Shown here: positions 10,345-22,070 of the stretch, piece after piece
Layout: each line of letters opens with the position of its first letter
Position numbering within the stretch: the first letter of the stretch is position 1
Assembly: GCA_963790845.1 (NCBI GenBank)
Contig: CAWBQC010000007.1
Span: 46,893 to 110,892, forward strand
Direction: 5' to 3'
DNA from: an uncultured Actinomycetes bacterium
GTDB taxonomy: Bacteria; Actinomycetota; Thermoleophilia; Gaiellales; Gaiellaceae
Length of the DNA stretch: 64,000 nt
The notes under the pieces: generated by a model
What the model was told of the DNA's origin: nothing
Database searches by the model: none
Seen by the model: only the letters and a program-made list of their open reading frames with translations
Translations under genes and position numbers: made by a program

Positions 10345-11134
10345 CTAGCGCTCGAGCGGAAGCTCGTCGTGCCGGCTCCACTCGTGCCAGGAGCCGGCGT
10401 AGTTGCGCGCGTCGTAGCCCGCGGAGCGGAGCGCGAGCGTCGCGAGTGCCGAGCGTGAGCCGGAGTGGCAGTAGGCAACGATCTCCGCGCCCTCGGGCAA
10501 GCCGACGAGCTCGCGGATGCGCTCCGGCTGCGCGGGTCGTCCCAGGCCTTCGAACAGCTCGCCGACCTCGAGATTCCGCGCGCCGGGAATGTGCCCTTGA
10601 CGCGGGTCGCACTGGTTCCCACGGCGCCCGCTGAACTCGTCCGCGGTACGCACGTCGAGAAGCGTCAGAGACGCATCTCCGATCCGGCCGGCGAGCTCCT
10701 GCCTTGTCGGGCAGCGCCCGCGGATTCGGTTCGAGGGCGGCCTGCGCCTCGCGCACCGGCTCCAGCTCGACCGCTCCCTCCTGGAGCTCGCCGTCCCATC
10801 CGGCCATTCCGCCCAGCAGAATCGCGACCTGGGGATGGCCCGCGAGCTCGGCCATCTGAGCCGCGGGCATCGCGCCGACCCCGTCGCCACGGTCGGCCAG
10901 CACGAGCCGCTCACGGCCCGTGATCCCGTGCCGCCGGAGCCGCAGGGCGATCTCCTTCGCGAGGTCGCGCGCCGACTCCTCGTCCGCCGCCGGCGGCGGG
11001 GAGCCGAGCACCAGCGGCCGGGAGCCCGGGATGTGGCCGCGCATGTGTGCGTTCGGCCCGCGGACGTCACCGACCACGAGATCCTCCTCGCCGAGATGCT
11101 CGGCGAGCCAGCCGGAATCGACGACGGCCCTCAC
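10345..11134 (-). pseudogene. two-domain rhodanese (thiosulfate/3-mercaptopyruvate sulfurtransferase), one frameshift near 10710
   Basis: The GTG at 11134 overlaps the GST stop (GTGA). N-domain: VVDSGWLAEHLGEEDLVVGDVRG...HIPGSRPL (frame of ORF 10238..11707). C-domain: LLDVRTADEFSG...GHIPGARN...IVAYCHSGSRSA (active-site CxxGxR; ORF 10345..11070). Confidence 0.8.
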
Positions 11135-11707
11135 AGCGCGGCGACGATACCTGCTTCGGCCGCGATCGAAGGCCGCTCTTCGAGCCGGGCGAGCCATCCG
11201 GCGAGCGAGGGGAAGTCGCCGAGGTCGATCCCGAGCATGTCGCGGGCGCGAAGGAGCCACGGGACATACGCGATGTCGGCGAGCCCGTACTCGGCGCCGC
11301 CGAGGTACCGGCGCTCGCCGAGCACGATGTCCAGCGCATGGAGCATTGCGTCGAGCTCCGGGCGAGCGCCTTCCTCGCCGCGACGAAAGGCGTAGTACGG
11401 GTCGGTGAGCTCGTGGTCGCGAAAGATCATGAGCCGCACGAACGCGCGGTCGGCGGGATCGGGCGGAAGCAACGCGCGGCTCGGGGTAGCGCTCCTCGAG
11501 AAACTCCATGATCACCGCAGACTCCGGCAGCGGCCGTCCGTCCTCCTCCAGCACCGGAACGCGGCCGGTCGCGTTCTTCTCGTACAGCCACGCCGGCCGG
11601 TCGGACAGGTCCACCTCGACCACGTCCAGCTCGATGCCCTTCTCGGCGAGGACGATCCGGACGCGTGCGCAGTACGGGCAGCGCGCGGCGTCGTAGAGCG
11701 TGATCAC
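11131..11707 (-). pseudogene. glutathione S-transferase-fold protein with CPYC motif, one frameshift near 11480
   Basis: MITLYDAARCPYCARVRIVLAEKGIELDVVEVDL...GRVPVLEEDG...ESAVIMEFLEERYPEP (ORF 10238..11707), then LLPPDPADRAFVRLM...YLGGAEYGLADIAYVPWL...FPSLAGWLARLEERPS (ORF 11131..11472). Confidence 0.7.
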
Positions 11708-12624
11708 GGCTGGAGTCCCATGACCGCTGCGAGCTGCTCGTAGAGCTCCTGCGCCGGGGGCAGATCGCCCGGCGAGGACGCGGTTCGCGCCACCTCGCGC
11801 ACGCGCTTCGGGTCGGCGCCCGTCAGCCGCGCGACGACCGTCGCATTCGCCCCCAGCGCATAGGCATCGCCCGGCGGCAGCGCTCCGTAGTACTCCGGAA
11901 CGGAGAGGTACTCGTCCACGTCGTAGCCGCGATCGAAGAGGTCGTAGCGGACGACGGCGCCCCGCTCGACGCCCAGCAAGAGGACCACACCGCCGCTCGT
12001 GTACGAGAGCTCCTTGGCGAGCGCCTTCAGCCGGGCCGGATCCGCGTCGGTCGCGTCGGAACGGACGCGCACCCAGCCGCCCTCGACCTCGACGTCCGGT
12101 TCGCTGCGGAGCACCTTGACCGCGTCCCGCTTGACCTTCTCGACGTCGTCGGTCTGGACGTGGACGAAGCCGAACGTCGGGCCGTCCGCGGGAGCGAGCC
12201 GCTGCTCGAGTTGCGCGAGCGGCGCGCCGAGCGTCAGCTCGACGGGCTTGAAGCCCCAGTGGTCGTAGATCGCGCGCGCCTCGGCGTTGGACGCGAGGAC
12301 TTCCAGCTCGAGCATCTCGGCGCCCGCCGCCCGGAGCCGGGTCGCGACCTCACGGACGAGCTCCGCGGCGAGACCGCCGCGCCGGGCCTCGGGGCGAACG
12401 TAGACGACCTCGAGGAAGCCGAGGCGATCTCCCCTCCGCCGCGCGACGGCGAGCCCGTCCTCGTCCGCGAGCAGGACGACGTCCTCCTTCACGGCCCGCT
12501 CGAGCCACTCCAGATCCTCCGCGAGGTCGTCCTCGCGCCACGGCTCGTCCGGAACCTCCGTGTTGAACGCCGTCCACAGCTCGCGGACGAGCGGAAGGTC
12601 GTCGGCAGTCGCGGCTCTGATCAC
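11704..12624 (-). CDS. GNAT N-acetyltransferase fused to an uncharacterised ~160-aa C-terminal domain
   Basis: Intact 306-aa ORF. The acetyl-CoA motif region is VVYVRPEARRGGLAAELVREV...VLASNAEARAIYDHWGF. I did not recognise the C-terminal half (FGFVHVQTDDVEKVKRD...VVRYDLFDRGYDVDEYLSVPEYYG...). Confidence 0.75.
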   Translation of the reverse strand: MIRAATADDLPLVRELWTAFNTEVPDEPWREDDLAEDLEWLERAVKEDVVLLADEDGLAVARRRGDRLGFLEVVYVRPEARRGGLAAELVREVATRLRAAGAEMLELEVLASNAEARAIYDHWGFKPVELTLGAPLAQLEQRLAPADGPTFGFVHVQTDDVEKVKRDAVKVLRSEPDVEVEGGWVRVRSDATDADPARLKALAKELSYTSGGVVLLLGVERGAVVRYDLFDRGYDVDEYLSVPEYYGALPPGDAYALGANATVVARLTGADPKRVREVARTASSPGDLPPAQELYEQLAAVMGLQP

Positions 12625-13427
12625 GGATTCAGGAACTGTGCGAGGAGATAGTGGGCCGTCAGGTTCTGGAAGGGCTCGAACCGCGCGCCCGTCGCGCGGA
12701 CGTCCACGTCACCATAGAGCGCGCGTACCGCCTTGCGCAGCGCGAGGTCGCCCGCCGGCCAGGCGCGCGGCCGCCCGAGATGGCGGGCGAGGAACCAGTC
12801 GGCCGTCCATTCGCCGAGGCCGCGGATCGCGACGATCTGGCTCTTCACCTCTTCGTCGGGAAGGAGTGCGAGCCCGCCAAGGTCGAGGGCGGAGCGGGCC
12901 AGGCCGACGACGTACTCGGCCTTGCGGCGGGAGAACCCGAGCGCGACGAGCTCTTCCTCCGAGGCGAGCGCGACGCGCTCGCGTGTCGGGAACGCCCAGA
13001 CGCGGCCGAGCGACTCGCCGAGCCGCTCGACGAACCGGTTCCGGATCGCGACGGCCGCGTAGAGCGAGACCTGCTGCGCGGTGATCGACGTGACCAGCGC
13101 CTCGAACGGGTCGGGTGAGAGGGACGGGCGGAAACCGGCGAAACGGGCGACGAGCGGAGCGAGCTTCTCCTCGCCGGCCGCCCACGCGGAGAAGGCGACG
13201 AGGTCGAAGTCGAAGCCGAGCAGCTTGCGGACGACGGGCTCCGTCTCGGCGTCGAGCGGGTCGACCTCGACACCGCCTTCCGCTGCGGAGATCCGAACCT
13301 CTCGTCCGCCGACGGCGCGGTAGAGCGCCCCGTCCTCCCAGACCGTCGCCCGGTCGAGGCCGAAGGCGCGAAAGCGAGCCGTCGTCAGCTCGAGCGAGAA
13401 CGGCTCTGGCACGGCGAGGAGCGCCAT
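12621..13427 (-). CDS. HhH-GPD DNA glycosylase (AlkA-like 3-methyladenine DNA glycosylase II)
   Basis: Intact 268-aa ORF. ...ITAQQVSLYAAVAIRNRF..., HhH region IRGLGEWTADWFLAR, catalytic Asp context WPAGDLALRKA. Confidence 0.8.
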   Translation of the reverse strand: MALLAVPEPFSLELTTARFRAFGLDRATVWEDGALYRAVGGREVRISAAEGGVEVDPLDAETEPVVRKLLGFDFDLVAFSAWAAGEEKLAPLVARFAGFRPSLSPDPFEALVTSITAQQVSLYAAVAIRNRFVERLGESLGRVWAFPTRERVALASEEELVALGFSRRKAEYVVGLARSALDLGGLALLPDEEVKSQIVAIRGLGEWTADWFLARHLGRPRAWPAGDLALRKAVRALYGDVDVRATGARFEPFQNLTAHYLLAQFLNP

Positions 13428-13512
13428 GCGCGGACCGTAGTCGGACTCCCGGCGCGAATTGCCAGACCGACGCGTTCAGCGCGTCCCAGACGTTCCGGCG
13501 AACTCACTCATG

Positions 13513-14729
13513 TCAGAGGTGAGACGTGAGACCCGCGCCGGAGGCGTCCGCTCCTTCGGCCGCGTCGCCGTCCTGCGCGTTCGCGTACCAGGAGCGCCAG
13601 TACGTCCCGTCGTCGAGGCCGCGGGCAAACGTCGTCAGCCGCAGCGGGTTGAACGTGTCGCACATCACGGCGAGCTCGTGCGTCTCGTGCAGCCCGATCG
13701 ACTTCTCGGCGAGGCCGGGCTGCGGCCCGTGCGGCAGTCCGGACGGGTGGAGCGTGATCGAGCCGACCTCGACGCCCTTGCGCGAGCCGAACTGGCCGGA
13801 GACGTAATAGATCATCTCCTCGGACTGCAGGTTCGAGTGGTGGTACGGGATCGGCACCGCGAGCGGATCGAAGTCGAGCTTGCGCGGGCAGAACGAGCAG
13901 ATCACGAAGTTCGGCCCCTGGAACGTCTGGTGAGACGGCGGCGGCTGGTGGATGCGGCCCGTGATCGGCTCGAAGTCGTGGATCGAGAACGTCCACGGAT
14001 AGAGATAGCCGTCCCAGCCGACGACGTCGAACGGGTGGTAGTCGACGACGTATGTCTGGTAGCCGCCGCGGACCCGCACCTTGACCGGGTACTCCCCCTG
14101 CTCTCGCACCGTGTGCAGCTCGGTCGGCGGGTGGACGTCGCGGTTGTAGTACGGCGCGCCCTCCATCAGCTGCCCGTACTGGTTCCGGTAGCGGCGCGGG
14201 ATCTCGATCAGGCCCGGCGTCTCGAAGACGAGGTACCGCTGCTCGCCTTCCGGCCTGAACCGGTAGGTCGTGCCGCGCGGGACGACGACGTAGTCGCCCT
14301 CGGAGTACGGGCAGATCGCCGAAGATCGTCTCCAGCGTCCCCGACGCCCTCGTGGACGAAGATCACCTCGTCGCCCTCGCCGTTGCGGAAGAAGTAGTCC
14401 ATCGACCCCGCGGGGCGGCAGAGCGAGATCTCGACGTCGTTGTTCCACATCAGGACGCGCCGGCCGGTGATCTCGTCGCCCTCGGGGGCCGTGTCGAACG
14501 TCTTGAAGTGCAGGTGCGTGTGCTGCTCGGGCACCCACTCCTCGCGCTCGGTCGGCTCGAAGCCTCCGAGCTCCATCACGCGACAGGGCGAGTGGAGGTG
14601 GTAGAGGATCGACTCGTTGCCGGTGAAGCCCTCGAGGCCCATCACCTCTTCGGTGAGGAGCGTCCCGTTGTCCCGAAACTGGACGTGCCGCTTGCGCGGG
14701 ACGTCTCCGAGGCGCTGGTAGAACGGCAT
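13513..14729 (-). pseudogene. hmgA: homogentisate 1,2-dioxygenase, two closely spaced frameshifts near 14310-14340
   Basis: N-part ORF 14208..14729: MPFYQRLGDVPRKRHVQFRDNGTLLTEEVMGLEGFTGNESILYHLHSP...IFVHEGVG. Bridge TLETIFGDL in the third frame. C-part in ORF 13513..15120: PYSEGDYVVVPRGTTYRF...GWDGYLYPW...HHSNLQSEEMIYYV...LHPSGLPHGPQPG. Both slips look like one extra base in a G or C run. Confidence 0.85.
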
Positions 14730-14744
14730 CGCGACAGCGTATCG

Positions 14745-15704
14745 CTAGTCGAGCGCCAGCTTCGCCAGCCTGCGGCCGACCGCCGGCGCGAACTTGAAGC
14801 CGTGCCCCGAGCAGGCGGAGCCGACCACGACGCGGCCTCGCCGCTCGAGCACGAAGTTCTGATCCGCCGTCGAGGTGTAGAGGCAGGTCTGCGCTTCGAC
14901 CGGGCTCGGATCGACGTCGGGGAAGCGCTCGCGCACCCATGAGGTGATGCGCTCGACGATCGCGGGGTCGGGCTCGCCCTCGGTATCGGGATCGGCTTCC
15001 GAGCCGCCGTGATGTGCGCCGGCCTTGAGCCCGTGAACCGGATCGTGGAGCGAGTACATCGCGTGGGTCCGGGTCTCGGCGCTCAGGTCGACGATGCACG
15101 GCCGCGGCGGGCCGTCCCACTTGAAGTACGCGAGCGTCTCGCGGGTGACCGTCACGGGCAGGTCGGGGACGAGGTCACGAATCCAGGAGCCTGCCGTGAC
15201 GACGACGACGTCCGCATCGAGCTCGTCGGTCGACGCGATCCGCCGGTTCGTCTCGACCTCCACGCCGGCCGCCTCGAGGAACCTGTGGCGCGCCCGCTCG
15301 GAAAAGACGACGCCTGCGTCTGCGGTGTACAGCGCCGTCCAGCCATCGGGGAGGGTCGCGCCGAGCGCACGCACTTCCTCCTCGTCGAGTAGCCGGATCG
15401 GCACGCCGGTCTCCTCGAGTGCGCGTGTCGACAGGAGCGCGGGATCGGGCGAGAGCTCCACGAGCCCGTACATGCCGAGGAGATCGGGGTCGAGCTCCTG
15501 CCAGCCGGCGTACGCCTCCTGCGCGAAGCGAATCCAGTACTCCTCGGGATACGCCACGCGGAAGATGCGCGTCCGGCCGTGACTCGAGCCGCGGTCGTGG
15601 TCGAGGGCGAACTGCTCGTGCACCGTCACGTCCGCGCCGCGCTCGCGCAGCGCCCACGCGGTCGCGCAGCCCATCACGCCGGCCCCCACGACGGCGACCC
15701 TCAT
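14745..15704 (-). CDS. FAD-dependent oxidoreductase, monomeric sarcosine oxidase / N-methyltryptophan oxidase-like
   Basis: Intact 319 aa. MRVAVVGAGVMGCATAWAL (GxGxxG), ...GSACSGHGFKFAPAVG (MSOX-type flavinylation Cys context). Its start overlaps the FAH-like stop (ATGA). Confidence 0.8.
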   Translation of the reverse strand: MRVAVVGAGVMGCATAWALRERGADVTVHEQFALDHDRGSSHGRTRIFRVAYPEEYWIRFAQEAYAGWQELDPDLLGMYGLVELSPDPALLSTRALEETGVPIRLLDEEEVRALGATLPDGWTALYTADAGVVFSERARHRFLEAAGVEVETNRRIASTDELDADVVVVTAGSWIRDLVPDLPVTVTRETLAYFKWDGPPRPCIVDLSAETRTHAMYSLHDPVHGLKAGAHHGGSEADPDTEGEPDPAIVERITSWVRERFPDVDPSPVEAQTCLYTSTADQNFVLERRGRVVVGSACSGHGFKFAPAVGRRLAKLALD

Positions 15705-16232
15705 CGAACGATGAGGTCTCCGGGAAAGAGCCTCGTGTTCTCGGCGGCGTGCGCCACGAGCTGCTCCCAGTCGGCGCCGGGTGGCACGTCTTCGTCGGGC
15801 GTCGTCACGACCGGACCGAGCGTGAACGCGAAGTCACGCTGCTTCGCGCCGTGCAGTTGCGGCGCGACCCACTCGACGAACGGAGTGAAGCCACCGATCG
15901 CACCGTCGAGCCCCGATGATCGCCGCGACTCGCTCCACCTCTTCGGCTCCTGCCACGCCCGGCTCCTCCCCGATCGCCCGAATTGCAGCCGGGTTCGCGA
16001 AGACGAAGTCGCCGGTGTCGTCGAAGACGCGAATCGAGGGCGGGTGGAGCACCGGCGCGCGGAAGACGACGTCGGCGAGCGGGTACTCCGCGTGCTCGCG
16101 CGCCTGCCCGCCGCCGGTGAAGAACGACTGCAGCGTCTGCGCCGCGAGCTGGATCACCTTCTCCCCGTCGAGCCGGCCCGGCCAGCCGCGCTCCAGAAAC
16201 GGATCCTTCGGGCTGAACATGCACAGCTTCAT
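15701..16232 (-). pseudogene. short fumarylacetoacetate-hydrolase (FAH)-family-like protein, one frameshift near 15905
   Basis: MKLCMFSPKDPFLERGWPGRLDGEKVIQLAA... (ORF 15834..16232). After an extra G in a G run the frame continues GLDGAIGGFTPFVEWVAPQLHGAKQRDFAFTLGPVVTTPDE...RLFPGDLIVR*. It resembles the FAH fold but totals only about 177 aa. Confidence 0.5.
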
Positions 16233-17572
16233 CGGGGCTCCGTGTGGACGACGACGTCGGCGATCTCGGGCCGCTCGCGCCGGATGAGCTCCTCGATCCT
16301 GCTGGCATCCGCGTGCGCGTCGGCGAGCGTGCCGGAGCCGAGCCGGAGCGTCAGGTAGGCGACGAGCCCCTCGTCGGTGTCGACGAAGCGCAGCTCCGCC
16401 GGCTCGACGCCGAGCTCGGTGCGGACGATCCGGCGCACGGTCGCCTCGTCGCCGGCGACCTCGGTCCCGGCCGCTTCCTCTCCGAGCGGCTCGAGATGCG
16501 TCCGAACGGTCGACACCTCGGGAACGGCGCGCTCGATTGCCCGCTCGACCTGCTCGGCGATCGCGTGCGCCTCCTCGAGCGACAGGTCGCCCGGGAGCTT
16601 GAGGTGGAGCGAGAGCTCGGTGCCGCTATCGACCGAGACGACCGAGACGTTGTGCACCTCGCGGACGCGCGGGACGTTGAGCGCGGCGGCATGCGCGCGC
16701 TCTCGCACGTCGGCGTCGGCGGCGCCGAGCGGCTCGACATGGACGACGACATCCGCCTCCGGCAGCGCCGCCTGCACCGCGCGCTCGACCGAGTCGGCCG
16801 CCGCATGGCCCTGGCCGACGGCGGCGCCGTAGTCGACGCCGATCACGACGTCGGCGAAGAACCGTCCCGCTGCCTGGCGCATGCGCAACCGTCGCAGCTG
16901 CACGGCCGGTCTCACGCCGACGATCGCGCGGCGGGCAGCCTCCTCGGCGTCGGCGGGAGCGCGATCCATCAGCACGTCGACGTTCCGCCGCATCAGCCGG
17001 GCAGCGGCAAACAGGACGAGCACGGCGACGAACAGGGCCGCGACCGCATCCGCGCGCGGATGGCCGGCGCGCACGAGCACCAGCCCGACGAGCACGGCGA
17101 GCGAGCCGCCGAGGTCGCTCCCGAAATGGAGCGCGTTGGACGCGAGCGCGGGGCTCGAGTACGCGCGCGCCGCCCGCCACGACGCCGTCGTCCGGGAGAT
17201 GTCGATGGCGATCACCACGCCGACGACCGCCAGCGCGTACCACGTCGCGTGAACGGAACCGCCCCCGTTCACGAGCCGCGAGATCGCCCGCCAGATGATC
17301 GCGGCGCTCGCGCCCACGAGGATCGTTCCCTCGGCGAGCGCGGCGAGATGCTCCGCCTTGCCGTGGCCGTACTGGTGGCCCAGATCCGCGGGTCGCACGG
17401 CGACGCCGACGGCGAAGAACGTGAGCAGCGCCGCGACGAGATCCGTGCCGGAGTGAGCAGCTTCGGAGATGAGGCCGAGGCTGTGCGTCGCGAGGCCGGT
17501 GCCGAGCTTGAGCCCGATGAGCGCGAGCGCGGCGAAGACCGACCAGAGCGCAGCTTTCCGCTGGGCCTCCAC
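16229..17572 (-). CDS. cation diffusion facilitator (CDF) transporter with three tandem C-terminal cytoplasmic domains
   Basis: Intact 447 aa. TM helices carry HxxxD sites (SEAAHSGTD, LHFGSD). These are followed by three alpha/beta modules, each ending V(V/R)(V/T)H(V/L/T)EP: ADVVVHVEPL, STVRTHLEPL, ADVVVHTEPR. Confidence 0.85.
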   Translation of the reverse strand: MEAQRKAALWSVFAALALIGLKLGTGLATHSLGLISEAAHSGTDLVAALLTFFAVGVAVRPADLGHQYGHGKAEHLAALAEGTILVGASAAIIWRAISRLVNGGGSVHATWYALAVVGVVIAIDISRTTASWRAARAYSSPALASNALHFGSDLGGSLAVLVGLVLVRAGHPRADAVAALFVAVLVLFAAARLMRRNVDVLMDRAPADAEEAARRAIVGVRPAVQLRRLRMRQAAGRFFADVVIGVDYGAAVGQGHAAADSVERAVQAALPEADVVVHVEPLGAADADVRERAHAAALNVPRVREVHNVSVVSVDSGTELSLHLKLPGDLSLEEAHAIAEQVERAIERAVPEVSTVRTHLEPLGEEAAGTEVAGDEATVRRIVRTELGVEPAELRFVDTDEGLVAYLTLRLGSGTLADAHADASRIEELIRRERPEIADVVVHTEPR

Positions 17573-17587
17573 GCGGGAAGCCTACGG

Positions 17588-18343
17588 CTAGGAGGCGATG
17601 GGCTCGGGCGGCCAGATGAGCGCGTCCTGCCGGAACGCGCAGTGGCAGACCGGCGTGCCGCCGAGCGCGAACGGAGCGATCGAGGCGAGCTCGATCTCGG
17701 CCTCCGCGCGGCTGAGGAGCCACCGGTCGTGGTGCATCTCGGCAGCGGCATCCGCCGCGAAGAGGCGGTAGCGCTCGGTCAGGAACCAGTCGAGCGAGCC
17801 GGGCTCCGCGTGGAACGTCTCGCCCGTCGGGCGGTAGCGAGCCGAGAAGACACGGCCGGGCTCGCCGACCCTGACGCACTCGACGTCCTGCCAGTCCCCC
17901 GCCTGATCGAGCGTCATCCGCGCATGGAACGCCGGCACGCGGTAGATGCGGCGGACGCCGAGCGCTGCGAGCCGGCTCGAGGCGTCGATGCTGAAGAACC
18001 AGACGCCCGGCAACCCGTCCGGCCCGCGGACGTAGGTGCGGACGTTGAGCTGGAGGAACGACGAGATGCCCGGTAGCGGAAGCGCGCCCCGGGCCCGCAG
18101 CGCGCGCACGCGGAAGAACACGAACGAGAGCCAGGCACTGCCGTCGTGCTCCTCGATCTCGAGCTCGTCCGGGACTCGCGCGCGAACGTCCTCGAGCGGC
18201 ACGGGCCAGTGCGCCCAGAAGAGGTGCTCCCAGGTCTGCCCGAGCGTCCAGCGGCTGTCGGGCAGGGGAAACGGACGGTGACCGACGCTGCGCAGCGAGC
18301 GCGCCTGCCGGCTCGCCGCCCTCGCGTCGTCGAAAACGCTCAA
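17588..18343 (-). CDS. DUF2071 (YqjF-like) family protein
   Basis: Intact 251 aa. WEHLFWAHWPVPLEDVRARVP...GSAWLSFVFFRV...FLQLNVRTYV..., as I remember the DUF2071 pattern. Confidence 0.65.
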   Translation of the reverse strand: MSVFDDARAASRQARSLRSVGHRPFPLPDSRWTLGQTWEHLFWAHWPVPLEDVRARVPDELEIEEHDGSAWLSFVFFRVRALRARGALPLPGISSFLQLNVRTYVRGPDGLPGVWFFSIDASSRLAALGVRRIYRVPAFHARMTLDQAGDWQDVECVRVGEPGRVFSARYRPTGETFHAEPGSLDWFLTERYRLFAADAAAEMHHDRWLLSRAEAEIELASIAPFALGGTPVCHCAFRQDALIWPPEPIAS

Positions 18344-18362
18344 GAGAGCGTCCTCCCTCCTA

Positions 18363-20347
<1,985 letters not shown>

Positions 20348-20411
20348 CGCGTCGACTAGGAGAGGCTCTGCCGCACGTCCTCGAACGCTACCTCCGTTAG
20401 GCTCTGCTGCG

Positions 20412-20689
20412 ATGCCCGAGCCGACCTTCGCCGACATCGACGCCCTCGTCGGGCCCGCGACGCCGCACTTCGCCTACCAGCTGCGCGCGCGCGTGCGCGA
20501 GCTCGTGCTCGACCTGCCGGACGACGCATCCGGTGCGGCGCTACGCGGAGGAGAAGATGGAGCTGCTCGACCGGCTCGGCCACGCGTCCTCGAAGGCGGA
20601 CGACGGCGGGCGCGAGCCGCGCGTCGCGGCCCGGCTGGTCCGAGCTGCCGAGCGCGGCGCCCGCCGACGAGCCGCTGCCCCGGCGATGA
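20412..20689 (+). pseudogene. small hypothetical protein, apparently two frame changes
   Basis: From the ATG at 20412: MPEPTFADIDALVGPATPHFAYQLRARVRELVLDLPDD, continuing HPVRRYAEEKMELLDRLGHASSKADDGGREP in the next frame. The probable end is ...ELPSAAPADEPLPRR* with TGA 20687-20689 overlapping the SDR ATG. No family recognised. Confidence 0.3.
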
Positions 20690-21422
20690 GCCTCGACGGC
20701 TCGTCGGTCCTCGTGACCGGCGGCACGCGGGGGATCGGCCTGGCGATCGCGCTCCGGCTCGTGCGCGACGGCGCGACGCGCGCGGTGCTCGGCTACATGC
20801 GGAACGACAAGGCAGCGGAAGAGGCAGCGGCGCTGCGTCGAGGCGGCCGGCGCCGAGCCGGTGCTCGTGCGCGGCAAGGTCTCCGACGAGCGCGTCGTCG
20901 AGGAGCTCGCCGCGCACGGGCCGTACCGCGTCGTCGTCCACAACGCGGCGACCGGCGTGATCCGCCCGGCGCTCGAGACCGAGGACAAGCACTGGGACTG
21001 GACGCTGAACGCGAACGCGCGCGCACTGCTCTCGCTCGCGCGCGCGACCGCGCCGGAGATGGAGGAAAGCGGCTCGATCGTCGCGATCTCGAGCCTCGGC
21101 TCGCAGCGCGTGCTCGAGAACTACGTCCTCGTCGGCACTTCGAAGGCCGCGCTCGAGTCCGTCGTCCGCTACCTCGGAGTCGAGCTTGCGCCCGCGGCAT
21201 CCGCGTCAACTGCGTCTCGGCGGGCGTCGTCGACACCGGCGCGCTCGAGCTGGTTCCCGAACAAGGAGGAGATGCTCGCGACCGTCGAAGCGAACGCCCG
21301 CCGGACGGCTCGTCGAGCCGGAGGACATCGCGGCGGCGGTCTCCTTCCTCTGCTCGCCGGACGCCGCGATGGTGTGCGGCCAGACGCTCGTCGTCGACGG
21401 CGGCTACTCGCTCGGGGCGTAG
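20686..21422 (+). pseudogene. short-chain dehydrogenase/reductase, enoyl-ACP-reductase (FabL)-like, frameshifted as assembled
   Basis: MSLDGSSVLVTGGTRGIGLAIALRL (TGxxxGxG); ...VVHNAATGVIRP...IVAISSLGSQRVLENYVLVGTSKAALES (Y-x6-K spacing); GIRVNCVSAGVVDT; ...GRLVEPEDIAAAVSFLCSPDAAMVCGQTLVVDGGYSLGA*. The pieces lie in ORFs 20533.., 20861.. and 21186..21422. At least 4 frame changes. Confidence 0.75.
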
Positions 21423-21427
21423 GCCCG

Positions 21428-22070
21428 ATGGAGCCGACCGAGCACAACCGCCGCGCGTTCGAAGAACGGCACCGAGCGCGTGCAGAGCCCGTCGGGCTGC
21501 CGCCGATCGTGAAGGCGACGCTCGGCGACCTGACGGGGAAGCGGGTGCTCCACCTGCAGTGCGGGACCGGCGAGGCGAGCGCCGAGCTCGCCGAGCAGGG
21601 CGCGGTCGTGACCGCGGTCGACCGCGTCCGGAGCCTGCTCGACGAGGCGCGCGAGCGGTGGCCGAAGATCCTCTGGATCCAGGCGGACGCCACAGGCGCT
21701 GCCGCGCGGAGCTGCGGCGCGGCCGCTTCGACCTCGTCTACTCGCCCGAGGGCGTGATCGGGGGGCTCGCCGACCTCGACGGGTGGGCGACGCGGCATCG
21801 GGGCGCGCTCCGCGCGCGCGGCGAGCTGCTCGTCTTCGACGACCACCCCGTCGCGCTCTGCGTCGACGGGCTGCAGCGCTGGCGCAACGACTACTTCCGC
21901 GACCGGCCGATCCCGACCGGCTCTGGCGGCTCGGCCAGGTCGTGAGCGCACTCGCGCGTGCCGGCCTGCACGTCGAGGCGCTCGAGGAATACCCGGGCGG
22001 CACGTCGCGTCTCCGCCACGACCGCCGCATCCCGGCGACCTTCCTGCTCTACGCGCGCCGCGCGGCCTAG
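21428..22070 (+). pseudogene. class I SAM-dependent methyltransferase, frameshifted as assembled
   Basis: From the ATG at 21428: MEPTEHNRRAFEER...GKRVLHLQCGTGEASAELAEQGAVVTAVD (motif I), then FDLVYSPEGVIGGLADLDGW...GELLVFDDHP, then ...ALARAGLHVEALEEYPG...FLLYARRAA*. Three frames are used. Confidence 0.65.
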
